The notes under the pieces are model-generated. The model ran no database searches and was not told the origin of the DNA. It was given only the letters and a program-made list of their open reading frames with translations. Positions 39,924 to 49,860 of a DNA stretch of 64,000 nt are shown in pieces. Every line of letters starts with the position of its first letter. Within the stretch, counting starts at the first letter, position 1. The position numbers were made by a program, and so were the translations under genes. Source of the DNA: Candidatus Cloacimonadales bacterium (lineage in GTDB: Bacteria > Cloacimonadota > Cloacimonadia > Cloacimonadales > JAIOQZ01); assembly GCA_963665815.1 (NCBI GenBank), contig OY762463.1:1728001-1792000 (forward strand), read 5' to 3'.

Positions 39924-40952
39924 TTAGTCCTGAATATTCAGTTTTGCCTTATCGTAAATCAGTTCCAGACCCTCAACTACCAAGCTTTCACCAGCACTAA
40001 GCCCTGATCCGATCTCCAGATTTGAGCCCGATACGTTAGCAATAGTAACAGGTCTTTTCTGAGCGACACCATTGTTGTTAATCCAGACCATAGGCTTTAC
40101 TGATATATTCTTAACATTTTCACTGGAGACAACCACTGCAGTATCGTTTCTGTATACTTCAAGATTGATCTCGGCAGTAACACCGCCCTTAATCTCTGTT
40201 CCGGGGTTATCAAAAACTGCTACTGCTCTGAATGCTTTGTGTGTTTTATCCATTGCCAGAGCTACTTCAGTAACTTTTCCGCTGATCTCATGAGATTTCC
40301 AAACAGCTTTGACATTCAGTCCTTTCTTGAAGAAATCTATATTGTCTTCTGTAATCCAGATTACAGCTTTAAGTTTTGTCAGATCGGAAATTGTAAACAA
40401 GGGCAGATCAACATCAACAAATTCGGTCTTCTTCATGAAGAATTCAGTTATAACACCATTGTATGGAGCTACTACATCTGTCATGGACTTAAGAGTCTTG
40501 TAGTTTTCCTTTGCCACTATGTACTGGGTTTCTACATCATCAAGATCCTGACGTGCAATGCTTCCGGCTTCAAATAAGCTTTTCATTCGATTGTACATTT
40601 TCTCAAGATTCTCATATTGAGCCTTAGCCTGCACATACTGGCTGCTATGACTATCCTTAGGAAATTCTACAATCACAGCATCTTTTTTGACATAATCACC
40701 AATATTAGCGTTAATCTTCTTAACGTAATCAGCAGCTTTATTATATACTGTAGTCTGCTTGTAACCTTCCATTTCAGCAAAGAAAGTTATGTTTTTGCTG
40801 AATGAACTTGTCTTCACGGTCTCAACTTTCACCGGAATTCCCTGTTCTTTATAAAGGTCTTCCATACTTTTTACTTCTTTTTTATCTTTCTTGCATCCGG
40901 CAAGTACTATCAGTATTATTGACAGGATAATAACGATTCTATGTACTTTCAT
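39924..40952 (-). CDS. RND periplasmic adaptor (membrane fusion lipoprotein)
   Basis: Lipobox LAGC; GDYVKK, APYNGVI, GLSAGESLVVEG. Confidence 0.88.
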   Translation of the reverse strand: MKVHRIVIILSIILIVLAGCKKDKKEVKSMEDLYKEQGIPVKVETVKTSSFSKNITFFAEMEGYKQTTVYNKAADYVKKINANIGDYVKKDAVIVEFPKDSHSSQYVQAKAQYENLEKMYNRMKSLFEAGSIARQDLDDVETQYIVAKENYKTLKSMTDVVAPYNGVITEFFMKKTEFVDVDLPLFTISDLTKLKAVIWITEDNIDFFKKGLNVKAVWKSHEISGKVTEVALAMDKTHKAFRAVAVFDNPGTEIKGGVTAEINLEVYRNDTAVVVSSENVKNISVKPMVWINNNGVAQKRPVTIANVSGSNLEIGSGLSAGESLVVEGLELIYDKAKLNIQD

Positions 40953-40963
40953 CAGATCTCCTT

Positions 40964-42232
40964 TTATAATTTTCTTCCAATTGATTTTTTGAATCCTTCG
41001 AGGGATATCAGTAAGTTATATTCAGAAAGGGATTTATTTAGTTTTGCTTTCTTTAATGATAACTGAGCATCCAGAATTTCCAGAATCGTTCCCAGCTTAT
41101 TATTGTAACGTGATTCAGCTATAGTTAATCCTTTTTCAGCAAGTGCAAGACCTTTAATGCTGGCTTCCAATGATTTCCTGTTTTCTTCTACACTCATCCG
41201 GTAATTCCTGATTTCTATCTCAATGTTCTTTTTCGCAAGATCATCTTCCAGTCTGGCAATCTTGTAGTCATGCATACTTTTTCTGGTCTTGAAAAGATTG
41301 CTCTGCCCTGTGAAAATCGGCATTTCAAAAGCTATCCCTGCAGTAAATCCCTTTGAGGTAAAGTCAGAATCATATTCAAATTTGTCGTTGCTGTGAACAT
41401 GCTTCAATGATGCACTCAGGAAAAATTGAGGTAAAAAACTCATCTTCTCATTGCGATATACAATCTTGTTTATATCTACATTCAGCGCAGACATCTTCAA
41501 TTCTATTCTATCATTCATACCATCATTGATTGCCTGATCAATATCCGGTAGAGTTTCAGATGGAGCGATAATCATACCTTCCAGTTCCGGAGCATCTTCA
41601 AGACCCAGATGAACCATCAGATCTTTGACAGCCAGTTCATGTTCCCTTTCTGCTTTAGCCAGATCAGGCTTCAGGTTCTCCACCTCAAGCTCAGCTCTCA
41701 GCATATCGTACTCGGAAGCCAATCCCTTGATATACATATCATTGATATGATTGTAGTGCTTTGTTGCCACTTCAACCGCATCCTTGTTAATATTGTAAAC
41801 ATCTTCAGCAAGCAGTACAGAATAAAACTTCACATGAGTATCATAGATTGTGTTCTCTACAGACAGATTTACAGATTCATCCTGAGTTGCAGTATAAACT
41901 TTTGCTGCCTGCAATCCATTGAATACACCTGCAGAAAACAGTATCTGACTGACGTCAAGACTTGTACTGAAATTCAGAGCTTTTTTAGATATAGCGAGCT
42001 CAAGTCCTGCTTCGGGAGAGTTCTTTTCAATCCCGTAAGCTCCTTTCAGTTTAAATTGGGGATACAGATTAACCTTATAAGACTTATAATCTGCAATTGC
42101 AGAGTCTCTCTGTTCCACTTTACTTTTATGTGTTATGTTCTTTTCCAATGCCAGTTTAACAGCATCATCCAACGTCAATGACATCAGATTTCCGATAAAG
42201 CACATACACATCAGAATAAACAGTTTTCTCAT
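40964..42232 (-). CDS. TolC-family outer-membrane efflux protein
   Basis: LTLDDAVKLAL, YP, GLASEYD, MPIF, RYNNKLGTILEILDAQ. Confidence 0.88.
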   Translation of the reverse strand: MRKLFILMCMCFIGNLMSLTLDDAVKLALEKNITHKSKVEQRDSAIADYKSYKVNLYPQFKLKGAYGIEKNSPEAGLELAISKKALNFSTSLDVSQILFSAGVFNGLQAAKVYTATQDESVNLSVENTIYDTHVKFYSVLLAEDVYNINKDAVEVATKHYNHINDMYIKGLASEYDMLRAELEVENLKPDLAKAEREHELAVKDLMVHLGLEDAPELEGMIIAPSETLPDIDQAINDGMNDRIELKMSALNVDINKIVYRNEKMSFLPQFFLSASLKHVHSNDKFEYDSDFTSKGFTAGIAFEMPIFTGQSNLFKTRKSMHDYKIARLEDDLAKKNIEIEIRNYRMSVEENRKSLEASIKGLALAEKGLTIAESRYNNKLGTILEILDAQLSLKKAKLNKSLSEYNLLISLEGFKKSIGRKL

Positions 42233-42253
42233 TCTCTCTCCATTTATTTTGTA

Positions 42254-42841
42254 TTATCTAAAAATATGATTAAACAAATCCAATGACCATTCCTTAAGAG
42301 GAAGCTCTTGGTCTTTGAATTTACATTTGGTAATAAATATATCAAATAATCCTTCATAAATAAAGGCATATTGAACGGCAGATAAACTACCGGATATATT
42401 TCCATTATCAATTGCCTGAGTAAAATATTCTGCAATCAGATTCTCATCATACCATTGCCAGATATGCCTTTCCTCTTCACTATTCTCAAGAAAATGCAGA
42501 TCAATGATATAAAGATTCATTAACTCCTTGATTTTTTCATTCTCAGTAACCAGCTCTACAAAACGAGTATAAATCATTTTAAGCTTCGAGAAAGAATCAG
42601 TATGCTGATCAATAATCTTAAAAAACTCAACTTTGAAAGTTTCGATCACTTCTGCCATCATCTCGAAATACAAAACCCGTTTGTTCTCGAAATGCCAGTA
42701 TAAAGCTCCCTTCGTGAGACCAGTAGCCTTGCAGATCTCTGATAGTGATGTACCTTCATATCCTTTCCTCGAAAATAACTTCAATGAAGCTTCCAGAATA
42801 ATCTTTCTGGTAATTTCACCTTCGCTTAATGTTTCATCCAT
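42254..42841 (-). CDS. TetR/AcrR-family regulator heading the efflux operon
   Basis: ILEASLKLFSRKGYEGTSLSEICKATGLTKGALYWHFENK. Confidence 0.92.
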   Translation of the reverse strand: MDETLSEGEITRKIILEASLKLFSRKGYEGTSLSEICKATGLTKGALYWHFENKRVLYFEMMAEVIETFKVEFFKIIDQHTDSFSKLKMIYTRFVELVTENEKIKELMNLYIIDLHFLENSEEERHIWQWYDENLIAEYFTQAIDNGNISGSLSAVQYAFIYEGLFDIFITKCKFKDQELPLKEWSLDLFNHIFR

Positions 42842-43208
42842 CAAACCTCCACAGCATTAAAAAAAATTTCCAAATTAAAACTTTTCAGCTTTAACATACC
42901 AATCGGTACTGCCCTGAGCAGCAGTCAAGAACTTTTTGTATATTTTTAACCCTCAGCATTTACGAACAATTTTGTTCATTGTTCAGCTGCTTAATTTACA
43001 ACAAGATAAAGGTTAACTCTGAGTATTTACTTATATAAAATCAGCAGAAATCGTGATTGCTTTTCCATAAATCTCAAAATTTCTTAAAAATAATATTGAC
43101 GAAGGAAATAAAAAAAATCACACAATGATAATCGGAAGACTATGTATATAACTTATGATTTTTACTTTTATACAGAGCTCTCTATAATTTTAACATAATG
43201 GAGGATAT

Positions 43209-44222
43209 ATGGCTTTTTTTGATGGAATTATCAGACAATTGAGATCTGTAATCGAATGGGAATACCCAAGCAGCAATGATCTCTTCTTTCAGTGGTCAAG
43301 CGACGGAGACGAAATAAAGAATGCATCCAAATTAATTATCGGTCCCGGACAGGGCTGTATTTTTGTGTATCAGGGTAAAGTGATTTCAATGCTGGAAAGT
43401 GAAATGATGGTTGATCTGAAAACAGACAACATTCCTTTCTGGACAACTATCTCAAAAGTTATGCAGGCTTTTGAGTCTGAACATAAAGTCGGACTCTACT
43501 TCTATCGCAAAACCAGAATACTGGATCAGAAATGGGGTACTACCAGCAGTATCAAATACAATGATCCTGTCTATAACTTCCCTGTAGGGCTCAGAGCATA
43601 CGGAAACTTCAGTTTTAAAATAACTGACCCGGAAATGTTCTTCAAAACTGTCGTCGGTTCAGGTTACAACTTCACTGTTAAACACTTCAGAGATGTTGTG
43701 AACAGCAGAATTACAGAACCGCTTTCAGATTACCTTGCAGATATGAAATACTCCTATGCCGACATTGATTCAAAAAGAACTGAAATGTCTACATACTTCA
43801 TGTCAAGTCTCAAAAATGAGTTCAATAAACTTGGATTTGACCTCACTGACTTCCGTATTGAAGGGACATCATTCGATCAGGAAACACAGAAGCGAATCAA
43901 CAGAATTTCCGATCTGACTGCCGAAGCACATGCAGCAAAAGCAGCAGGAATGAACTACGCACAGGTTCAACAGCTTGATGCTCTTAAAGCCGCAGCCAAA
44001 AACGAAGGCGGTGGTGCCGGGATGCTTATGGGTGTAGGAGCAGGAGTTAATCTTGGTGGAAATATGGTAGCTGAAAATCCTTTCGGAGCAGCTCAGAAAG
44101 CTCCAAAAGCTGACTACGATCCATCTGAACGCCTGATGAAGCTGAAGAAACTGCTTAATAACGAGCTTATCTCTCAACAGGAATATGACAATAAAAAGAA
44201 ACAGATTTTAGAGGAGCTTTAA
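43209..44222 (+). CDS. SPFH/band-7 domain protein (YdjI-like) with C-terminal SHOCT domain
   Basis: VIEW, LIIGPGQ, TDNIP, KWGT, LRAYGNFSFKI, Ala/Gly-rich linker, RLMKLKKLLNNELISQQEYDNKKKQIL. RBS GGAGG. Confidence 0.85.
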   Translation: MAFFDGIIRQLRSVIEWEYPSSNDLFFQWSSDGDEIKNASKLIIGPGQGCIFVYQGKVISMLESEMMVDLKTDNIPFWTTISKVMQAFESEHKVGLYFYRKTRILDQKWGTTSSIKYNDPVYNFPVGLRAYGNFSFKITDPEMFFKTVVGSGYNFTVKHFRDVVNSRITEPLSDYLADMKYSYADIDSKRTEMSTYFMSSLKNEFNKLGFDLTDFRIEGTSFDQETQKRINRISDLTAEAHAAKAAGMNYAQVQQLDALKAAAKNEGGGAGMLMGVGAGVNLGGNMVAENPFGAAQKAPKADYDPSERLMKLKKLLNNELISQQEYDNKKKQILEEL

Positions 44223-44884
44223 TGCCAACCAGACTCTGTTCATCCTGTTCTGCTCCTTTGCCGTCTAACTCTAATCTCTGTGAATACTGCGGATGCTATA
44301 CTCCGTTAGATCTTATAAGTCAAAATCTGGAAATCCTTCCGGATCAGGAAGAGACACGGTATTGTCCTCACTGCGAAGTACCTATGGAATCCATATCTGT
44401 TCTGGAAGACGAACCGATTGTAATTGAACGTTGTCCTCAGTGTTACGGTTTCTGGTTTGATAAGTTCGAACTGAATCTGCTATTGAACAGACTTGTTAAA
44501 GATCCGACAATAAACGTAAAAAACATTGATATCGGTAACATGGAAGAAATCGATTTTACCAAAAAAGTTCAATACATCTCGTGCCCGGTCTGCAGTTCTA
44601 AAATGCAGAGACGTAATTACGGATACAAGTCCGGTGTTGTCTTTGATCTGTGTAATGAGCATGGAATCTATCTTGATTGTGGAGAGCTGCACCATTTGCT
44701 TCTATGGAAGAAAAACGGTGGTGAAGAACTACAGAGACTTCATGAACAGAAAATGGAAAAAATCAGAAGAAATCCGATTCCTGTTCCTGTTTCCAGATCA
44801 AGAGCTCATTACCATGGCAGATATAACGGGTATGAAGGTTTGGGATTAATCGGGACCATCCTCAGAATGCTAATTTTCCATTAA
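44222..44884 (+). CDS. Zn-ribbon plus double zf-TFIIB protein, copy 1
   Basis: CSSC..CEYC; CPHC..IERCPQCYGFWFDKFEL; CPVC..DLCNEHGIYLDCGEL. TAATG coupling to the SPFH gene. Confidence 0.85.
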   Translation: MPTRLCSSCSAPLPSNSNLCEYCGCYTPLDLISQNLEILPDQEETRYCPHCEVPMESISVLEDEPIVIERCPQCYGFWFDKFELNLLLNRLVKDPTINVKNIDIGNMEEIDFTKKVQYISCPVCSSKMQRRNYGYKSGVVFDLCNEHGIYLDCGELHHLLLWKKNGGEELQRLHEQKMEKIRRNPIPVPVSRSRAHYHGRYNGYEGLGLIGTILRMLIFH

Positions 44885-44886
44885 TC

Positions 44887-45456
44887 ATGATTGCAAGTAA
44901 AAGACTTTGCCCGGAATGTTCGACAGAAATGCAGACAATAACTGCATTACAGACTGTTACTGTAGGATTAGAAAAGAAAATCGAGATTGAGAAATGTCCG
45001 AATTGCGAAGGACTGTTCTTTGATAATCAGGAGCTACAGGATTTAGTAAGTTGCTTAAAGGAATATCCTGTTGATTCTGCCATAAGGTTCGATACGGAAA
45101 CTGCAAATGGCAGTATTTGGGATCGAGAACAATATAAATGCCCCATCTGCGGAGAAAAGATGCAGAAGGCTTATTATGAAGTGAAAAGCAGTGTTGCTTT
45201 TGACTATTGCCTTGGGCATGGTGTTTACCTTAATAAAGGGGAACTGACAGCAATCATCAGGTGGAAGAAAGAAAATATGGAACCAGATGATCCCGAAATC
45301 CTTGCAACATATCAGAAGAAACTTGATAAAATAAGTAAGAGAGTAAACTCTTCTGAAAAGCGATACGTTTCACCTTACGTGAAGTATTCTAAAGTTGTAG
45401 ACTATGTTTTAAGAAAACTTGCAGGATCTGTTTTTTATGGATTTATCAATTGGTAA
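44887..45456 (+). CDS. Double zf-TFIIB protein, copy 2
   Basis: CPEC..IEKCPNCEGLFFDNQEL; CPIC..DYCLGHGVYLNKGEL. Confidence 0.85.
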   Translation: MIASKRLCPECSTEMQTITALQTVTVGLEKKIEIEKCPNCEGLFFDNQELQDLVSCLKEYPVDSAIRFDTETANGSIWDREQYKCPICGEKMQKAYYEVKSSVAFDYCLGHGVYLNKGELTAIIRWKKENMEPDDPEILATYQKKLDKISKRVNSSEKRYVSPYVKYSKVVDYVLRKLAGSVFYGFINW

Positions 45457-45463
45457 ATAATTT

Positions 45464-46039
45464 ATGAAGCATGACACTAAAAAAGATGCAACCAAGACCT
45501 TGAGACTCTGCCCGGAATGTTCGACAGAAATGCAGACAATAAATGCTTTGCAGACAACTATTTCCGATTTCAAAGAAAAGATAGAAATCGAAAAATGTCC
45601 GAATTGCGAAGGACTGTTCTTTGATAATCAGGAGCTGCAGAACTTAGTAAGAATACTGAAGGAATATCCAGTTGAGACTGTATTGAAAATTGATTCAGCG
45701 AAAGATAATGTGAAGAGCATTACTTCAACAGATTATACATGCCCCATCTGCGGAGAAAAGATGCAGAAGGCAAACTTCGAGTCAACCAGTGGAGTTACAT
45801 TCGATTATTGCCTCGGGCATGGTGTTTATCTTAATAAAGGTGAATTAACTGAAATCCTTAGATGGAAGAAGAATCAGAGGAAAAACAATAGTAATAAAAC
45901 TACAGAAAAATACAATGATCTAATTATGAAATCCAGGGAAAAGCAAGCAAAGACAAGGTATTTTCGGAAGTTTGATTTCGACTCTAATGATAGAATTATT
46001 GATTTTTTTGAGTTCATTTTTGATTGGTTTATATTATAA
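45464..46039 (+). CDS. Double zf-TFIIB protein, copy 3
   Basis: Same motifs as copy 2, with near-identical DNA blocks. Confidence 0.85.
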   Translation: MKHDTKKDATKTLRLCPECSTEMQTINALQTTISDFKEKIEIEKCPNCEGLFFDNQELQNLVRILKEYPVETVLKIDSAKDNVKSITSTDYTCPICGEKMQKANFESTSGVTFDYCLGHGVYLNKGELTEILRWKKNQRKNNSNKTTEKYNDLIMKSREKQAKTRYFRKFDFDSNDRIIDFFEFIFDWFIL

Positions 46040-46755
46040 TGAAAACAGATGAAACAAAACAATGCCCGGTCTGCTCCGCTCCTTACGAATTTGGTATGGA
46101 AGAATGTGAATACTGCGGACATAGCTTTGATATAGAGAATCTGGAAGAAGAATTCTATGTTCTCGATGAACGTCATGAAAAAAGGTTATGTCCACACTGT
46201 AATATAGAAATGCTTTCCATCAAAGTGTTGAAAAACTACGATATAATCATTGAAAAATGCCCGAGATGTTCAGGAATGTTCTTCGATATGCAGGAAATGG
46301 AAAACCTTTTAAGACTGCTTGTAAAAGAAAAAGACGATGTAATTGAGAGAATAGACAGTTCAGATTTTAAACCTGTTGATTTTAACTCTAATGTCAGATA
46401 CATTAACTGCCCGGTCTGCAAACAACCAATGCAGAGAATCAGCTTTGAACAGGACAGCGGAGTAGTTTATGATTTTTGTCTTGGGCATGGAATCTTTCTC
46501 GATGCAGGAGAGTTGAAACAACTTACTGATTGGAAACGCCATGAAGGACAAAAGTATTTCAAGAAAGATCAGGAAGACATTAAGAAATATCTTGAGAAAA
46601 AGAATATTGAATATGATGAGAATTTCAGGATTAAGCCTCAGAGAGTAAACATGATGAAAGATTATCTTACAAGAGGCTCTGACTTTCCCAAATATGCTGC
46701 TGCTATCTATGTTGCAGTGACTATTTTCAGGCTTATTCAGATTGCGACAGGTTAG
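46039..46755 (+). CDS. Zn-ribbon plus double zf-TFIIB protein, copy 4
   Basis: TAATG coupling at 46037-46041; CPVC..CEYC; CPHC..CPRC.GMFFD; CPVC..CLGHGIFLDAGEL; hydrophobic tail. Confidence 0.85.
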   Translation: MKTDETKQCPVCSAPYEFGMEECEYCGHSFDIENLEEEFYVLDERHEKRLCPHCNIEMLSIKVLKNYDIIIEKCPRCSGMFFDMQEMENLLRLLVKEKDDVIERIDSSDFKPVDFNSNVRYINCPVCKQPMQRISFEQDSGVVYDFCLGHGIFLDAGELKQLTDWKRHEGQKYFKKDQEDIKKYLEKKNIEYDENFRIKPQRVNMMKDYLTRGSDFPKYAAAIYVAVTIFRLIQIATG

Positions 46756-46767
46756 AGGAGAACAATA

Positions 46768-47433
46768 ATGAAAAGAAAATGCAGTGTATGCTCGGCACCA
46801 ATGCCCGAGAACTCAAATTATTGTGAATACTGCAACACATTTAATGAATCAGATGCCAAAGACGATATACTCTTTCTGGAAAACGATAATAGCAATACGA
46901 GACTATGTCCTCATTGCGAAGTCCCCATGAGCTCTTTTCAGGCCTTGAAGGATGAAAACGTTATCATAGATATGTGTCCTGAATGCTACGGCATGTTTTT
47001 TGACAGAGGTGAACTGAGATATCTTGTTAATTTGCTTACTGATAATAAAGAGATAAACGTAAATAAAATAGATATTGGTGATTTAAAGGATATTGATCAT
47101 GTAAGATCAACTGATTATGTAAAGTGTCCTGTCTGCGGAGATACAATGCACAGAATCAACTATGAGGATTCAAGCGGTATAATATTTGATTATTGCAAAA
47201 AGCACGGTATCTATCTCGATAGTGGTGAACTTAAACAGATTCTGGCATGGAAGAAAACCAGCAAATTTGATTTCATCAGTGATAATAAGAGAAAAATCGT
47301 ACAATACACAAACGTGACAAAAGAATTTGAATTTGATGAGGATGAAGATGGCTTTAAACTTAAGCCATTTGATCCCAGTATTGTAGGAGGATCAATTGCT
47401 GCAATATTGTTCTTACTCGGATTCTTCCTGTAA
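46768..47433 (+). CDS. Zn-ribbon plus double zf-TFIIB protein, copy 5
   Basis: GAGGAG RBS; CSVC..CEYC; CPHC..CPEC.GMFFDRGEL; CPVC..CKKHGIYLDSGEL; TM-like tail. Confidence 0.85.
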   Translation: MKRKCSVCSAPMPENSNYCEYCNTFNESDAKDDILFLENDNSNTRLCPHCEVPMSSFQALKDENVIIDMCPECYGMFFDRGELRYLVNLLTDNKEINVNKIDIGDLKDIDHVRSTDYVKCPVCGDTMHRINYEDSSGIIFDYCKKHGIYLDSGELKQILAWKKTSKFDFISDNKRKIVQYTNVTKEFEFDEDEDGFKLKPFDPSIVGGSIAAILFLLGFFL

Positions 47434-47444
47434 AAGGTGACTTT

Positions 47445-48041
47445 ATGAAAGTAAAAAGATGTATAACCTGCTCTGCCCCGTTACCGTCGAATTCTTCGGT
47501 ATGCGAATATTGCGGTAACAACAATCCTCTGGATATCACCGATCAGAATATGAGCATTATCGATAATTGCGACAAGATAAGATCCTGCCCACACTGCAAA
47601 ACTGCTATGGAGACTGTCAGGCTGGACGAGTGCAGCGGACTTGAGATAGAACGATGCCCGAAGTGCTTCGGGTTCTTCTTCGATTTAAATGAGCTGGAGG
47701 AACTGCTGGACTATCTCGTTAGAGAAACTGTTGAAGATAAAGAGAGCATTGACAAAATCAACGAGTATACAAGTAATTTTTCCACAGATGTTACATACAA
47801 AAGATGCCCTGTATGCCATGCAAGAATGCGACGTCTGAATTTTGGTTATAAGAGCGGAATAATATATGACTTTTGTGATGATCATGGAATCTTTCTCGAC
47901 AGCGGAGAGCTGGATCACCTTGTAAAATGGTGCAGACATGGTGGTGCAGAACTAAACAGAGTTTATAAGAAAAAACTTAAAGAACGGAAAAGATATGTCT
48001 ATACACGTGGCTTCAGACCGGCAAGATGCTCAGGGATATAA
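47445..48041 (+). CDS. Zn-ribbon plus double zf-TFIIB protein, copy 6
   Basis: CITC..CEYC; CPHC..CPKC.GFFFDLNEL; CPVC..CDDHGIFLDSGEL; basic tail. Confidence 0.85.
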   Translation: MKVKRCITCSAPLPSNSSVCEYCGNNNPLDITDQNMSIIDNCDKIRSCPHCKTAMETVRLDECSGLEIERCPKCFGFFFDLNELEELLDYLVRETVEDKESIDKINEYTSNFSTDVTYKRCPVCHARMRRLNFGYKSGIIYDFCDDHGIFLDSGELDHLVKWCRHGGAELNRVYKKKLKERKRYVYTRGFRPARCSGI

Positions 48042-48044
48042 TTT

Positions 48045-48449
48045 ATGAGATATACCAATAATGTGATAGGGATAAATCCACAACAATTACATGGATTCTT
48101 CGTGGGCTGGCCAAACAAACCTGCTCCGGAAAAACACTTGGAGATATTGAAGAACAGCGCTTATATCTGGCTGGCAATAGATGAGGAAAATGACAAGGTT
48201 GTTGGTTTTGTGAATGCTGTCTCCGACAAAACCATGTCGGCTTATATTCCGTTACTGGAGGTACTGCCGGAATATCAGGGACAAGGCATTGGATCAGAGC
48301 TGATGAAGAGAATGCTCAGTACGCTCAAAGATTTGTATATGATTGATCTTGCCTGTGATATAGATAAAATGGACTTCTACGAGAAACTCGGACTTGTAAA
48401 AGGCAACTTGATGATGAAACGGAACTATGACAGACAGAATTGTGAGTGA
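48045..48449 (+). CDS. GNAT N-acetyltransferase
   Basis: LEVLPEYQGQGIGSELM acetyl-CoA motif; FYEKLG. Confidence 0.9.
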   Translation: MRYTNNVIGINPQQLHGFFVGWPNKPAPEKHLEILKNSAYIWLAIDEENDKVVGFVNAVSDKTMSAYIPLLEVLPEYQGQGIGSELMKRMLSTLKDLYMIDLACDIDKMDFYEKLGLVKGNLMMKRNYDRQNCE

Positions 48450-49611
48450 GATAGAAAAGTTGAGAAGACTTAACTTACTTTATATCTTAATAGCACTTAT
48501 ACTGAATGTATCATGTGCTTTTACCAAACCTGTTTCTCATCATAATGCATCAAAAGCTGTTGGACTTCAAAAGGAAGCTCGAAAGCTGGCAAATATTGTA
48601 AATCCGGATGATACTTATAGATACTCTAAATCTGATAAAGATTCAACAGCAATTGAGATTCTTGAAGGTGCTAATGCACTCGATCCAAATAATCAAAAAA
48701 TAGCTCTTGATCTTGCTTCCATTTACTACAGAAATAAGATGTATAGAGAAACAGCGATATTAGCAGAAAAGTATTTAAAGAAAGATACAACCGGTGATTT
48801 TTATAGTTTGTGTGTAAGAGGACACTATTTGAGAGATGATAATAGAAATTATAAAAAAGCTGACAGAATAATTGAAAAAGGATATAGGAAATTCCCAGAT
48901 AATCCGAGATTGTGTGTAGCATTTACTCGGCATTTGTTAAGTATGCAGGAAAAATGCGATTTCCTTAAATCTATTCTCAAAAAAAATCAATATCATATTG
49001 AAACAATGGATGAGTTATCATTTAAATTGAAGAATACAAGCAATGTCACTGAGTCAATGTACTATGGTGAGTTAGTTAGATTGTTCGATACAAATCAATC
49101 GAATTCAGATAATGAAAGCGATTTTCTATTTATTAAATATAAGGATTGCTTCAAGTTTGAGAACAACAAATTGAAATTTGACTACAACTTTGTGCAATTA
49201 GATTTTAGCAGGATTCTCCGAGAGATGGATAATGCTAAAAAACAGAAACGGGGAGTAATTATTGGAGTGAACTCAAAAACATCTTCAGTTAGAAAATCTA
49301 CATTTTCAAAAACTCTTGAAGATTATTATCTCAAAGCATCATTTAATGTAAGAGAATTTAGTTTTTCAAATCTAATACTAATAAGGAAAAATTTGATAAA
49401 ACTGTATTTCATGTATGAAAAAAACAAGCAAAATCCGGATAGACTTTTCGCATTCCACAAACAACTCATTGACCAGAACTTGTTCGAAGCATACAATTAC
49501 TGGCTTTTCAGATATGGTGTTGGAGAAAAGGAATTCAACAAATGGTATGCAGACCACCAGAATGACTACGAAAAAGTAGAGGCAATCGTACGAAGCAAAT
49601 TCAGATCATAG
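48427..49611 (+). CDS. Putative TPR-like helical lipoprotein
   Basis: Hydrophobic stretch ending LNVSC; ALDPNN and KFPDNP TPR-like turns; FEAYNYWLF. Start uncertain. Confidence 0.55.
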   Translation: MTDRIVSEIEKLRRLNLLYILIALILNVSCAFTKPVSHHNASKAVGLQKEARKLANIVNPDDTYRYSKSDKDSTAIEILEGANALDPNNQKIALDLASIYYRNKMYRETAILAEKYLKKDTTGDFYSLCVRGHYLRDDNRNYKKADRIIEKGYRKFPDNPRLCVAFTRHLLSMQEKCDFLKSILKKNQYHIETMDELSFKLKNTSNVTESMYYGELVRLFDTNQSNSDNESDFLFIKYKDCFKFENNKLKFDYNFVQLDFSRILREMDNAKKQKRGVIIGVNSKTSSVRKSTFSKTLEDYYLKASFNVREFSFSNLILIRKNLIKLYFMYEKNKQNPDRLFAFHKQLIDQNLFEAYNYWLFRYGVGEKEFNKWYADHQNDYEKVEAIVRSKFRS

Positions 49612-49632
49612 AAATTTTATCTACAATTATTT

Positions 49633-49665
49633 AGACTGACAGATTAGAGATAGTCTGTCAGTTTT
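49633..49665 (+). terminator. Terminator closing the SPFH/zf-TFIIB operon
   Basis: ACTGACAGATTA-GAGA-TAGTCTGTCAGT followed by TTT. Confidence 0.7.
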
Positions 49666-49860
49666 AGTATTCATACATTTTCATGTGAATTAAATCATAA
49701 CACGCTATCAACATGATATAAACTGAATAAGCATACTACTTTCACAAGCATTTCTATATCTAAACATCATCCAAAAAACAATTTATATATTTATTAATCA
49801 GCTTGACAATTTTACATATTTTCAATAGAAGTTGTAGTTGTATTTTTTAAGGAGATTGAA

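Noticed and set aside
42897-42908. TACCaatcGGTA as the TetR operator
   Set aside because: Plausible position, but only a 4-bp half-site and no well-spaced promoter could be assigned.
44222-48449. zf-TFIIB array as integron cassettes or a CRISPR-like array
   Set aside because: Genes abut or overlap with no room for attC sites, no integrase is present, and the repeats are coding paralogy rather than repeat-spacer units.
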